A DNA stretch of 64,000 nucleotides from a bacterium. GTDB taxonomy: Bacteria; Zhuqueibacterota; Zhuqueibacteria; Residuimicrobiales; Krinioviventaceae. Below are positions 17,507 to 27,989 of this stretch, piece by piece. The DNA lies in the NCBI GenBank assembly GCA_963674595.2, contig CAXXFV010000023.1, positions 352,001 to 416,000 of the forward strand, in the 5' to 3' direction. The notes under the pieces were generated by a model. It was not told the origin of the DNA. It made no database searches and was given only the letters and a program-made list of their open reading frames with translations. The stretch's first letter is position 1. The number at the start of each line of letters is the position of its first letter. A program made the translations under genes and the position numbers.

Positions 17507-20137
17507 ATGAACAAAAAACTGATTATCGGATGTGTTGTGGTGTTCCTTCTGCATCATTCTATGGAAATACGTGCAACCGAGCCTGTTTATAAGGATATGA
17601 ACGCGCCTTTGGAAAATCGGGTTAATGATTTGATTTCACGAATGACATTGGAAGAAAAAATATCTCAACTGGTGCATTCAGCAAAAGCGATCCCCAGGCT
17701 GGGTGTTCCGGAGTATAATTGGTGGAACGAATGTTTACATGGCGTGGCGCGGGCAGGAATAGCAACAGTGTTTCCACAGGCGATTGGTTTGGCGGCAACC
17801 TGGGATTCTGATCTGATGTATCAAACAGCAGATGTGATTTCAACAGAGGCCAGGGCGAAACATCATGAATTTGTTCGAAATAACCAACACGAAGCTTATC
17901 AGGGACTTACGTTTTGGAGCCCAAATATAAACATTTTCCGTGATCCACGCTGGGGAAGGGGCCAGGAAACCTATGGTGAAGATCCGTTTTTGACCGCACG
18001 AATGGGTGTTGCATTTATCAAGGGACTGCAGGGTGATCATCCTGATTATTTTAAAGTCATTGCAACGCCCAAACATTATGCTGTTCACAGCGGACCTGAA
18101 CCGAGTCGTCACGAGTTTGATGCCATTACCGACAACCGGGATTTGTATGAAACCTATCTGCCGGCGTTTGAGGCGTGCATAAAGGAAGCCGGCGCGTATT
18201 CCGTGATGTGTGCCTATAACCGTTACAATGGCAAAGCCTGTTGTGGCAGCAATCAATTGCTTCAAAAAATTCTGCGTGATGACTGGGATTTTGATGGATA
18301 TGTTGTTTCCGATTGTGGTGCTATTTGGGATGTTTACAAAACTCATAAACTTGTGAATACACTGCCCGAAGCGGCTGCGTTGGCTTTGGAAGCCGGGACA
18401 GATCTGAATTGCGGTGACTCTTATAATTCACTGCTTGAGGCTGTTAAATCGGGTTTGGTAAGTAAAAGTTTTGTTGATTTATCATTAAAAAGATTATTTA
18501 CAGCCCGTTTTAAACTTGGGATGTTTGATGCTCCGGAAATGGTCCCTTATACACAAATACCTTTTGAAAAAAACGATTGCCGGAAACATCGGGCGCTTTC
18601 TGCTCGTGTAGCCCGGGAATCGATTGTGCTGCTGAAAAATGATCAGAATATACTGCCGCTGAAAAAGAATACTAACAAAATTTTTGTTGTCGGGCCGACG
18701 GCAGACAATTTATCCGCTTTGCTTGGTAATTACCATGGCACGCCGTCAAAATTTGTAACACCGTTGCAGGGCATTAAAAACAAAGTCAATGCAGACACCC
18801 GGATTGTTTTTGAACAGGGGTGTAATATTCTTTCGGAAGGACCGTTTGCGGAGATAATATCCACTGGTGTTTTTAGCTTTAATGGTAAACCTGGTTTAAA
18901 GGCTGAATATTATAAAAGCAGAGATTTAAGCGGCGATCCTTTAGTGACCAGAATTGATCCGTTTATAAGGTCCAACTGGGTGTATGGAGAAAACATTGAA
19001 GGCTTGGGAACGGAAAATTTTTCCATTCGCTGGACAGGGACATTAACACCTCCGTTATCCGGGGAATATGAGTTTGATATAACCGGGGATGATGGTTATC
19101 GTGTGTTTATCAATGATTCTCTGATTATCGATGACTGGAATATTGAGACATCCGCCATGCGTACGATAAAACATACGTTCACAGCTAACAAACCTTACCG
19201 ATTTAAATTGGAATATTTTCAGGAAAGTGGAAGGGCAGATATCGAACTGCGTTGGCTAAAGCCGGATCGAAATCAACAAATGGACAATATCACTAAAATC
19301 GCCAAAGAATCGGATGTTATTATATTTGTCGGTGGAATTACCGGTCGACTGGAAGGCGAGGCAATGAGTGTCAAATTTGAAGGATTTGAAGGTGGTGACC
19401 GGACGAATTTACAGCTTCCGAAATCACAACATGATCTGTTGAAAGCCTTATACGCCACCGGGACGCCGATTGTTTTTGTCATAACTACAGGCAGCGCATT
19501 ATCAATCAACTGGGAACAGGAACACCTGCCTGCTATTATTCAACTTTGGTACCCTGGCCAGGAGGGCGGCACGGCTTTGGCTGATGTCTTGTTCGGGGAT
19601 TATAATCCCGGAGGGCGTTTGCCGGTTACGTTTTATAAATCTGTCGGCCAATTACCACCTTTTGATGATTATGCAATGGAAGGAAGGACCTATCGCTATT
19701 TCAGAGATGTTCCCTTGTATTCCTTTGGTCATGGTCTTAGCTATACCACTTTTGAATATAGCAATTTAAAAGCACCTGATACTGTCACTGCCGGTGAAAA
19801 TGTTGACATTGTTGTTGATGTGAAAAATACCGGAAAACATGCCGGTGATGAAGTAGTGCAATTGTATGTTAAAGATGTCAGCGCATCTGTGCCGGTTCCG
19901 ATAAGATCGTTACAAGGATTTAAACGAATTCATTTAAATCCGGGAGAAAAACAACAAGTGACCTTTCATTTGACTGCAAAGCAGTTTTCATTAATTGATC
20001 AAAATTTTGAACGGATTATTGAGCCGGGCGAGTTTGAAATTACAGTTGGCGGATCATTACCTGAATTTGTACCGGCCGGCATACAGGTCGTTTCATCAAA
20101 AGTAACGATGGTTGGTGATGATTTTCATATAGATTAA
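17507..20137 (+). CDS. GH3 beta-glucosidase/beta-xylosidase with PA14 insertion and FN3-like C-terminus
   Basis: WWNECLHG, WSPNINIFRDPRWGRGQETYGEDP, KHYA, VVSDC nucleophile, PA14 segment FSIRWTG...GDDGYR, WYPGQEGG. Confidence 0.95.
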   Translation: MNKKLIIGCVVVFLLHHSMEIRATEPVYKDMNAPLENRVNDLISRMTLEEKISQLVHSAKAIPRLGVPEYNWWNECLHGVARAGIATVFPQAIGLAATWDSDLMYQTADVISTEARAKHHEFVRNNQHEAYQGLTFWSPNINIFRDPRWGRGQETYGEDPFLTARMGVAFIKGLQGDHPDYFKVIATPKHYAVHSGPEPSRHEFDAITDNRDLYETYLPAFEACIKEAGAYSVMCAYNRYNGKACCGSNQLLQKILRDDWDFDGYVVSDCGAIWDVYKTHKLVNTLPEAAALALEAGTDLNCGDSYNSLLEAVKSGLVSKSFVDLSLKRLFTARFKLGMFDAPEMVPYTQIPFEKNDCRKHRALSARVARESIVLLKNDQNILPLKKNTNKIFVVGPTADNLSALLGNYHGTPSKFVTPLQGIKNKVNADTRIVFEQGCNILSEGPFAEIISTGVFSFNGKPGLKAEYYKSRDLSGDPLVTRIDPFIRSNWVYGENIEGLGTENFSIRWTGTLTPPLSGEYEFDITGDDGYRVFINDSLIIDDWNIETSAMRTIKHTFTANKPYRFKLEYFQESGRADIELRWLKPDRNQQMDNITKIAKESDVIIFVGGITGRLEGEAMSVKFEGFEGGDRTNLQLPKSQHDLLKALYATGTPIVFVITTGSALSINWEQEHLPAIIQLWYPGQEGGTALADVLFGDYNPGGRLPVTFYKSVGQLPPFDDYAMEGRTYRYFRDVPLYSFGHGLSYTTFEYSNLKAPDTVTAGENVDIVVDVKNTGKHAGDEVVQLYVKDVSASVPVPIRSLQGFKRIHLNPGEKQQVTFHLTAKQFSLIDQNFERIIEPGEFEITVGGSLPEFVPAGIQVVSSKVTMVGDDFHID

Positions 20138-20203
20138 AGGTTTGACTAATTGGTTTTAAGATGATTATTTCTATATAATAGCTAAAATTAAGATAAACGA
20201 ATT

Positions 20204-21613
20204 ATGAGGTTTTTTATAATGAAATTATTGAACCAAAAATTTACATGTATACTTTTTATTTTAACGTTAATTGCAGGCGTAACCGGCTATTTAAATGCTC
20301 AAACGGTAAAGGGAAAAATAAACGAAAAGAATTATTCTGTTTTTGACAGTTTTGATGAGATGATAGAAGCTACGGATGTAAAATACTTGAAGCCGGTTCG
20401 CATTTCTCCGATCGGCACAAAAGAAAAGCCCATGTACCACGGATTTTTCTATTATAATCATACACCATCTGAATGTTTGCAGTTTGAACCCACGGGACGT
20501 TATCTGCTGGGGATGAGAATTTTTATCGAGGGCAGAAAAGTACAGCCATTTGATAAGGGAGAGGTCGGTTATTTTGACTTGCAAAAAAACAACAAATGGA
20601 CAAAGATCGGCGAAACGACTGCCTGGAACTGGCAGCAGGGTTGCCGTTTGCAATGGGTGCCGCCACACTTTGAAGAAATAGCCTGGAATGAACGTACTAA
20701 AGACGGGCAAACTGTAATTAGCCGATTTTATAACATAAAAACCAAAAAGACACGCACATTGCCATACCCGATCTATATTTTTTCACCGGATGGTAAAAAA
20801 GCACTATATGTTAATTATGAACGCATTCAGCATCGTGGCTGTATGTATGTTGGGATTGATGATCCCTATAAAGACCAATGGGCGCCGGAGCAGATTGGTG
20901 TATGGGAGATGGATGTAAAAACCGGTGAACGCAGACTCGTTATTTCATTAAAAGAAATGTCTGACTTTATGTTTCCTAATGGAATTCCTGTCGATACGAC
21001 CAAATACAAACTCTATTTTTTCAGGGCCGGATTTAATCCGTCCGGTACGCGTATTTTTGCTTTTGCCAAATATTTTACTCACAATTGGGGCAAATTAAAA
21101 GTTATTACGGAAGGTTATACGTTTGATTTGGATGGAAATGATATTAAATATTTTTATAAAGAGCCCAGTCATCATTATTGGCTGAATGATGAGGAAGTTG
21201 TGGATAATGGTTATCATTTAGGACCGGACGGTAAAGAAAGTCTCGGCTATTTTCGTTTTTCAGATGATGGGTCCGGGAAGGCCAAAGAAAAGTTTTTTGA
21301 TGCACCGAACGGGCATATTACTGTTCACAATAACGGCGAATGGATTTTAACCGATACCTATAACATGCATGGTTACATTTTCCTGTACATGTTCCACATA
21401 CCTACAAAAAAAATGGTACCCCTGGCAAAATTGGAAACTCAGCTCGGTGGCTATAAATTCCCATATCATGTCGGCCTTATCAGGGTCGATTTGCATCCCC
21501 GCTTTTCTCATGACGGCAAATCCATTTCCTTTGATTCAACACACGAAGGCGTGGGAAGACAAATTTATATGATGGATATTTCTTCAATTATTGATAACCC
21601 GCCAAGTCGTTGA
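20204..21613 (+). CDS. Exported beta-propeller protein (TolB/oligogalacturonate-lyase-like)
   Basis: Signal peptide; YHGFFYY, AWNWQQG, TDTY and RVDLHPRFS motifs shared with 3458-4717. Confidence 0.7.
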   Translation: MRFFIMKLLNQKFTCILFILTLIAGVTGYLNAQTVKGKINEKNYSVFDSFDEMIEATDVKYLKPVRISPIGTKEKPMYHGFFYYNHTPSECLQFEPTGRYLLGMRIFIEGRKVQPFDKGEVGYFDLQKNNKWTKIGETTAWNWQQGCRLQWVPPHFEEIAWNERTKDGQTVISRFYNIKTKKTRTLPYPIYIFSPDGKKALYVNYERIQHRGCMYVGIDDPYKDQWAPEQIGVWEMDVKTGERRLVISLKEMSDFMFPNGIPVDTTKYKLYFFRAGFNPSGTRIFAFAKYFTHNWGKLKVITEGYTFDLDGNDIKYFYKEPSHHYWLNDEEVVDNGYHLGPDGKESLGYFRFSDDGSGKAKEKFFDAPNGHITVHNNGEWILTDTYNMHGYIFLYMFHIPTKKMVPLAKLETQLGGYKFPYHVGLIRVDLHPRFSHDGKSISFDSTHEGVGRQIYMMDISSIIDNPPSR

Positions 21614-21784
21614 TGAGAGATTACTACCAGACTGGAATTTGGAGATTTTTTAACTGATACCCCAATAATTATGTTTACTGTTAAGGGATAACCCGACTAT
21701 TGCCGAAAGAAAAATGAAGAATTGTTCAGTATAATGCAGAAATATTTAACCAACCTGGAAAAAATTGTATCATGAATTATATTT

Positions 21785-21822
21785 TATCCTGCAAAAAACT
21801 CTATTCAGGGTTTGACAGGATA
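21785..21822 (+). terminator. Possible intrinsic terminator or hairpin
   Basis: Imperfect inverted repeat tatcctgcaaa...tttgacaggata followed by a short T-run. Confidence 0.35.
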
Positions 21823-21855
21823 TTTGTATTCAACACTTGAAGAGCGGAGGTTTGT

Positions 21856-22779
21856 TTGAAAAAAAGTATCCGGATTTTAATAATTTATTTAATTGTAAGT
21901 ATTCCGTTATTAACATATAGTAATGACAAAACAGCTTCGAATCATTTTCGTTTCGTTTATATGTCCGATATACATGTTCAGCCGGAATTGGGTGGTGCTG
22001 AGGGCCTTGAAGCTGCCATTCACGCTGTTAATGCCTTACGTCCCAAACCGGATTTTGTTATAACCGGCGGGGATATGATTAAAGATGCTTCCCGGCAAAG
22101 TTTTGGCCGGTCTGATTCGCTTTACAAACTTTATATGGAATTAAAAACACATTTTGAAATGCCTGTTTACCATACTATAGGTAATCATGATGTCTTTGCA
22201 TTGTATGCGTCCAGTCATGTGGATACGACGCATCCTGAACACGGTAAAAAAATGTTTATGAACCGTCTGGGCGAGGGACGCACCTATCGTTCTTTCGATT
22301 ACCAAAATTGGCATTTCATCCAGCTTGATCCTATTTTTATGACACCTGAGCGAAAGTATTATGGAAAAATTGATTCGGTCCAGATGGAATGGTTGAAACA
22401 GGATTTGCAGAGTATAGATAAAGAGCGGCCCATCGTAATTACAACGCATATCCCCTTTTATACCATGCTGTACCAGTATGAAAACGGACCGGCCGCTCCA
22501 ATGAACAAAACACGGGTCATTAACAATGCCAATGAGGTCAGTAAATTATTTGAAGACTATAATCTGAAATTAGTCATGCAGGGACATTTACATATAAGAG
22601 AGGATTTGTTTTTCCGAAACGTGCACTATATAACAAACGGGGCTGTTTCAGGTGATCGCTGGAAAGGCCCATACCTGGGTTTTCCTGAAGGATTTACTGT
22701 GGTAGATGTAAATGGCAATGACTTTGAATATACGTTTCAGACCTTTGGCTGGGATGCAGGTCCCTACCAGGATAAATAA
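21856..22779 (+). CDS. Exported calcineurin-like metallophosphoesterase (Icc/CpdA-like)
   Basis: GGAGG RBS with TTG start; SDIH, GGD, GNHD, THIP and GHLH motifs. Confidence 0.88.
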   Translation: MKKSIRILIIYLIVSIPLLTYSNDKTASNHFRFVYMSDIHVQPELGGAEGLEAAIHAVNALRPKPDFVITGGDMIKDASRQSFGRSDSLYKLYMELKTHFEMPVYHTIGNHDVFALYASSHVDTTHPEHGKKMFMNRLGEGRTYRSFDYQNWHFIQLDPIFMTPERKYYGKIDSVQMEWLKQDLQSIDKERPIVITTHIPFYTMLYQYENGPAAPMNKTRVINNANEVSKLFEDYNLKLVMQGHLHIREDLFFRNVHYITNGAVSGDRWKGPYLGFPEGFTVVDVNGNDFEYTFQTFGWDAGPYQDK

Positions 22780-22910
22780 AATTTTAATGTTGCCAAGAGT
22801 AATATATTTTTGTCATAAAAAACGCGTCTGTTTAATAAATTTAACTTGCTGAAAAAAAGTTTTAGGTTTCAGTCAATTGCATTCTATTTTTATGAAAGGT
22901 CGAAAGTTAT

Positions 22911-23867
22911 ATGGAGATTGTAGTACTGGATTCCGGATACAAATCTTATGATTATGAAAAAAAAGTTTTTGAGAAAAATGGATACAATTTAAAAATACAT
23001 CCTGCTTTTGAAAAGATATTATCTGAAAAAATAGAGTTTGCCCGAAATGCAGAAGGCATTTTGGTCCGGCATACAATAATTGATGAGGCATTTCTCTCGG
23101 AAATGAAAAACCTCAAAGCCATTGTTCGCTATGGTGTCGGGTATGATAATATTGATGTTGATGCATGCAGCAGACACGGGGTAAAGGTTGCGAACGTCCA
23201 GGGATATGCCAATCACTCCGTATCCGATCATGCTATGGCGTTGATGTTTTCTTGTACACGTGCATTGTGGGACCCCAAATTCCAGGTGCTGGAAGCATTT
23301 GCCGGACCTCCTGTTGCCGAAATTTTTGAACTGCATGATAAAACGTTGGGAGTTATTGGTATCGGCAGGATCGGCAGTGTGTTTTGTAAAAAAGCATCTC
23401 CATTATTTAAACAAACTCTTGCCTGTGATCCATACAAACCTAATGATCATTTTAAAGAATTAGCTGTTCAAAGTGCCTGTTTGGATGAATTGCTGGAAAC
23501 GTCGGATGTTATCAGTCTTCATTGTAATTTGACAGATGAAACCAAATATTTGCTTAATACGGAAAATTTTTCAAAAATGAAAAACAAACCGGTTATTATA
23601 AACACCTCACGTGGTGAAGTGATTAATGAAAAGGCATTGCTGCAAGCCTTAAATTCAGGTAAAATTCATAGTGCCGGATTGGATGTTTATGAAGACGAAC
23701 CGGTAACAGAAAAACAACATGATTTGGTCCATCATCCGCGAACAATTTGTACAGGGCATTATGCCTGGTATTCTGATCAGGCCTCTTTGGAAGTTCAGCG
23801 GCGTGCCGCTCAAAATTTATATAATTTACTCGCTGGAAATTATGTAGAAGATTGTCTGAATTCCTGA
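22911..23867 (+). CDS. D-isomer-specific 2-hydroxyacid dehydrogenase (CtBP/SerA-like)
   Basis: GVGYDNID, GIGRIG Rossmann motif, NTSRG, LDVYEDEP, TGHYAWYS; no ACT domain. Confidence 0.9.
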   Translation: MEIVVLDSGYKSYDYEKKVFEKNGYNLKIHPAFEKILSEKIEFARNAEGILVRHTIIDEAFLSEMKNLKAIVRYGVGYDNIDVDACSRHGVKVANVQGYANHSVSDHAMALMFSCTRALWDPKFQVLEAFAGPPVAEIFELHDKTLGVIGIGRIGSVFCKKASPLFKQTLACDPYKPNDHFKELAVQSACLDELLETSDVISLHCNLTDETKYLLNTENFSKMKNKPVIINTSRGEVINEKALLQALNSGKIHSAGLDVYEDEPVTEKQHDLVHHPRTICTGHYAWYSDQASLEVQRRAAQNLYNLLAGNYVEDCLNS

Positions 23868-23924
23868 CAAAATTAAAATAACTGATATACATTGAATTTT
23901 TAAAATAAAAGATAAGATAAGAAT

Positions 23925-25028
23925 ATGAATTTCAAAAAATGTGATTTTAAATTATTTTCATTTAAAGTAAAATTAAGTATACTTTTCACGGTTGTTGCTT
24001 TTATAGGATGTCAATCGTCATGGCAAATTGACAGTCCATACAATGATATTGATTGGGAACAATCTGGTCAATATAAGGCAAACCTGCATACGCACACAAC
24101 AGTCCGGGGAGGCTGGATGAATCCGCAGACAACGGTAGAAAAATATCGTGAAAGGGGTTATAAAATACTGGCCATTACCGATCATTTTTCTGTTACTTAT
24201 CCATGGGAAGAGTTTTCCAAATTTAATCCGGATGACAGGACGAGGCGACGCGTTGTTGAAAAGGTCCCTAAACCTGATGAAGAAGAAACAATGAAAGAGG
24301 ATGAACTAGAGTTTAAAGATGTAAGGCCTTCTGCTGTGGGTATGGTTGCCATACAGGGGAATGAGGTTTCTTACCTCGGGCACGATGTGAACAGTTTTTA
24401 TAATGATTATAATAGTCGGAATTCTAAAGAAACACTCGATGTGATTACAACAAAAGGCGGTTTGGCGGTTTTAAACCACCCCGGAAGGTATGATTTTCCT
24501 GTCGAGTGGTATGTTGATGAGTATAAACGTTACAACCATCTTGTAGGTTTTGAAGTATTTAATTGTGGAAATCGTTATCCTAATGATCGGCGGCTTTGGG
24601 ATTCCATCCTTACTGTTATAGCTCCTGTCAGACCGGTATGGGGTTTTTCCAACGATGACATGCATTCGATGCGTGATTTTGGTAGAAACTGGAATGTTTT
24701 TATTCTACCGGAATTAACTGATGAGCTGGTACGTCGTGCCATTGAAAAAGGAGTATTTTATTTTGTAAATGCACCGCAGGGGCATGACGGATCTGTGCCG
24801 CCAAAGATTGAATCAATTAATATTAATCAGCGCAAAGCAAAAATAGAAATAAATGCAACAAAACATGATTCAATTGTTTGGATTGCTGACGGAGAAAAAA
24901 TTTGCAAAGGTAATAAAGTTTTATTAAATAATTTGAATAAAGAAATTAATTATGTTCGGGCTGAAGTTTATGGAGCCGGCAATTCAGTTGTTTGTACTCA
25001 ACCTTTTATTGTCAAAAAATCCAAGTGA
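23925..25028 (+). CDS. Lipoprotein PHP-family metal-dependent phosphoesterase/hydrolase
   Basis: FIGC lipobox; NLHTHT, ITDH, GNE, NHP and NDDMH motifs. Confidence 0.8.
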   Translation: MNFKKCDFKLFSFKVKLSILFTVVAFIGCQSSWQIDSPYNDIDWEQSGQYKANLHTHTTVRGGWMNPQTTVEKYRERGYKILAITDHFSVTYPWEEFSKFNPDDRTRRRVVEKVPKPDEEETMKEDELEFKDVRPSAVGMVAIQGNEVSYLGHDVNSFYNDYNSRNSKETLDVITTKGGLAVLNHPGRYDFPVEWYVDEYKRYNHLVGFEVFNCGNRYPNDRRLWDSILTVIAPVRPVWGFSNDDMHSMRDFGRNWNVFILPELTDELVRRAIEKGVFYFVNAPQGHDGSVPPKIESININQRKAKIEINATKHDSIVWIADGEKICKGNKVLLNNLNKEINYVRAEVYGAGNSVVCTQPFIVKKSK

Positions 25029-25048
25029 TAATAGGGAGATATTGTGAA

Positions 25049-27811
25049 ATGACTAAACGAATTATATTTATTCTGTTTTTATTAGTAACAAATTTTTTAT
25101 TTGCTCAGAATACCGAGATCCAGTATTTGTCGGGAACTGATGCCGAAAACACTATCGACTGGGATTTCTTTTGTTCCGCAGGAATGAACAGCGGTAAATG
25201 GACGACGATCGCTGTGCCGTCCTGTTGGGAACAGCAGGGTTTTGGTGGTTATAATTATGGACGTGATAAACTTGAAGGACGTTGTGACGAAACCGGTACT
25301 TATAAATACAACTTTACAGTTCCTGCATCCTGGAAAAACAAACAAATTCAAATTGTTTTTGATGGTGTGATGACAGATGCCGAGGTCAAGATTAACGGCA
25401 AATTGGCCGGACCCGTTCATCAGGGAGCCTTTTATCAGTTTAAATACGACATTACCCGTTTAATTAAAACGGATGGAGATAATAATCTGCAGGTTTTTGT
25501 TAAAAAGCAATCTGATAATTTGTCTGTTACCAAAGCGGAACGGTTTGCGGATTATTGGGTTTTTGGCGGAATCTTTCGTCCGGTTTATCTTGAGGCAAAA
25601 CCCGTCGAAAATATTAAGCAAATTGCCGTCGATGCCCGTATGGACGGTGATTTTAATGCGGATGTCTGTTTGGATGGATTAAAAAAAGGTAAAAAGGTCC
25701 TGGTTGAAATCCAGACATTGAATGGCGATGTGAAGGCCCGCTTTGAAACTAAAGCTGTAAAACCGGTGACGCGTGTTTCGGGAAAAATGCAGAATCCCCA
25801 AACATGGTCTTCAGAATTTCCGAATTTATACAATGCAGTTTTTTCACTTGTAGATAAAAACAACAAGGTCATTCACCAAATGAATACTCGTATTGGTTTT
25901 CGTACTATTGAGGTGCGGGAAAACGACGGAATTTATGTAAATGGTGTTCGGGTAAAATTAAAAGGAGTCTGCCGTCATACCTTTCATCCCAGGTACGGGA
26001 GAACGTCATGCAAAAAATTCAGTATTGAAGATGTGAACCTCATGAAAGATATGAATATGAATGCGGTGCGTATGTCGCATTATCCGCCGGAAGAACATTT
26101 TTTGGATGTGTGCGATTCTTTGGGATTGTTTGTTCTGGATGAACTGGCGGGCTGGCAAGAACCTCCCTATGATGATGTGGTTGGTGAAAAATTGCTAAAA
26201 GAAATGATTGTGCGAGATGTTAATCATCCGTCTATTATTTTATGGGACAATGGAAATGAAGGTGGAAATAATTATTCCCTGGATGATGATTTTGCAGAAC
26301 TTGATATTCAAAAACGTAAAGTGCTGCACCCCTGGCAGGAATATGATTTGATAAACACGCTGCATTACATTGATTATAATTATTTGTCTCTGGACGGATT
26401 TAATCCACGGAAAATATTTTTACCGACCGAGTTTTTACATGGATTGTATGACGGCGGGCATGGTGCCGGATTGGATGATTTCTGGCAAAGGATGTGGGAT
26501 GATCCCCTCTGCGCCGGCGGATTTTTATGGGTTTTTGCAGATGAATCGGTTGAACGATCCGATCGTAACCGGGAACTCGATTCAGACGGAAACCATGCTC
26601 CTGACGGCATCCTCGGCCCATACCATGAAAAGGAAGGCAGTTTTTATACGATCCGGGAAATATGGTCACCAGTCTATTTTGAAAAGCGATATATTACACC
26701 TGAATTTAACGGCACTTTTCATATTGAAAACCGCTATTTTTATACCAATCTCAATCAGTGTTCTTTAAACGCTGAATGGTTAAAACTCCCGGGTCCTGAT
26801 GAAGATGGGACGGAACAGATTGCCGCTGCTCAGCAATTAAAAGTGGACCTTGCCCCCGGTCAAAAAGGAGTGTTAAAAGTTGATTTGCCGGCCGAGTGGG
26901 AAACCCTTGATGTACTGCGAATTAAAATGATGGATCCGCATAACAGACCGCTAAACACCTGGACCTGGCCGTTAAAATCTGCAAAGGTCAAGGCTGCGGA
27001 TTTATTGACGGCCAATTCTCAAGTTAAACCGGTGATTCAGGAAACAGAACAGGTATTAAAAGTTGAAACTGCGAATCTGGTTTTTACTTTTAGCAAAAAC
27101 GACGGGACTATTCAGCAGGTTTATAACGATGGCGAACGGATTCCTTTTTCCAACGGACCATTGTTTGTAAGCTGTGATAAAAAAGTAAAAAACTCGACCT
27201 TTTGTTTTAAAGGAAATGATCTTGTTGTTGAAACCCTGTATGAAAATGATGACCGGGTAAAATGGACAGTCTTCGGCAACGGTCTGCTTGATTTGGACGT
27301 GGCCTATGAACCCCGCAATAGATGTCAGTTTGCCGGTATTACATTTGACTTTCCGGAAGAACATGTTGCCGGTATGAAATGGCTTGGAAACGGTCCCTAT
27401 CGTGTTTATAAAAACAGAATGAAGGGGACGGAATTTGGTTTATGGGAAAAGGCATATAATAACACGGTGACCGGTGAATCCGAATTTATTTACCCTGAAT
27501 TCAAGGGGTATCATTCAGATATTTACTGGGTAAAGGTGCTGGGTAAAGATGTGCCTGGTTTTAAAGTTTATTTTCATAGCAATGATGTTTTTCTGCGTAT
27601 GTTGACACCGCAGGCCCCCAAATATCCGTTAAAGACAACGACAATTGAATATCCGAAAGGTGATATTTCATTTTTGCATGGTATTAACGCAATTGGAACA
27701 AAGTTTAAAGAGCCATCAAAAACAGGTCCCCAGGCGTTTCCGTACCGATTTAAATCGGCTAAAATTCATGAGGGCAAATTAAAAATGAACCTAACGTTTG
27801 ATTTTCGATAA
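25049..27811 (+). CDS. GH2 beta-galactosidase-like glycoside hydrolase
   Basis: GGGAG RBS, ATG 25049, signal peptide; GGIFRPV, GFRTIE, KGVCRH, NAVRMSHYP, WDNGNE acid/base, TEF nucleophile region. Confidence 0.93.
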   Translation: MTKRIIFILFLLVTNFLFAQNTEIQYLSGTDAENTIDWDFFCSAGMNSGKWTTIAVPSCWEQQGFGGYNYGRDKLEGRCDETGTYKYNFTVPASWKNKQIQIVFDGVMTDAEVKINGKLAGPVHQGAFYQFKYDITRLIKTDGDNNLQVFVKKQSDNLSVTKAERFADYWVFGGIFRPVYLEAKPVENIKQIAVDARMDGDFNADVCLDGLKKGKKVLVEIQTLNGDVKARFETKAVKPVTRVSGKMQNPQTWSSEFPNLYNAVFSLVDKNNKVIHQMNTRIGFRTIEVRENDGIYVNGVRVKLKGVCRHTFHPRYGRTSCKKFSIEDVNLMKDMNMNAVRMSHYPPEEHFLDVCDSLGLFVLDELAGWQEPPYDDVVGEKLLKEMIVRDVNHPSIILWDNGNEGGNNYSLDDDFAELDIQKRKVLHPWQEYDLINTLHYIDYNYLSLDGFNPRKIFLPTEFLHGLYDGGHGAGLDDFWQRMWDDPLCAGGFLWVFADESVERSDRNRELDSDGNHAPDGILGPYHEKEGSFYTIREIWSPVYFEKRYITPEFNGTFHIENRYFYTNLNQCSLNAEWLKLPGPDEDGTEQIAAAQQLKVDLAPGQKGVLKVDLPAEWETLDVLRIKMMDPHNRPLNTWTWPLKSAKVKAADLLTANSQVKPVIQETEQVLKVETANLVFTFSKNDGTIQQVYNDGERIPFSNGPLFVSCDKKVKNSTFCFKGNDLVVETLYENDDRVKWTVFGNGLLDLDVAYEPRNRCQFAGITFDFPEEHVAGMKWLGNGPYRVYKNRMKGTEFGLWEKAYNNTVTGESEFIYPEFKGYHSDIYWVKVLGKDVPGFKVYFHSNDVFLRMLTPQAPKYPLKTTTIEYPKGDISFLHGINAIGTKFKEPSKTGPQAFPYRFKSAKIHEGKLKMNLTFDFR

Positions 27812-27989
27812 AAATGATTGAGGCTTTGTTTTTTTCAGGGGGCAATCATGATGTTTTTTAATAAAGAGATTGAAGAACTGTTCGTCATTATACAAAACAT
27901 ACAAGATATATGACTTTTTTGATAAATTATTATTATATTTATCAATTATTTTCCTTTTCCTGTGAATCCTTTTGTCATTGGAGTAAATA

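Noticed and set aside
21611-21616. Selenocysteine or stop read-through at TGA stops
   Set aside because: The TGA stops I checked fall at natural protein ends and are followed quickly by further in-frame stops.
22911-23867. Calling this gene serA as the partner of serC
   Set aside because: It is 34 kb away inside the glycan island, has no ACT domain and shows a CtBP-like HYAWYS motif. The substrate cannot be assigned.
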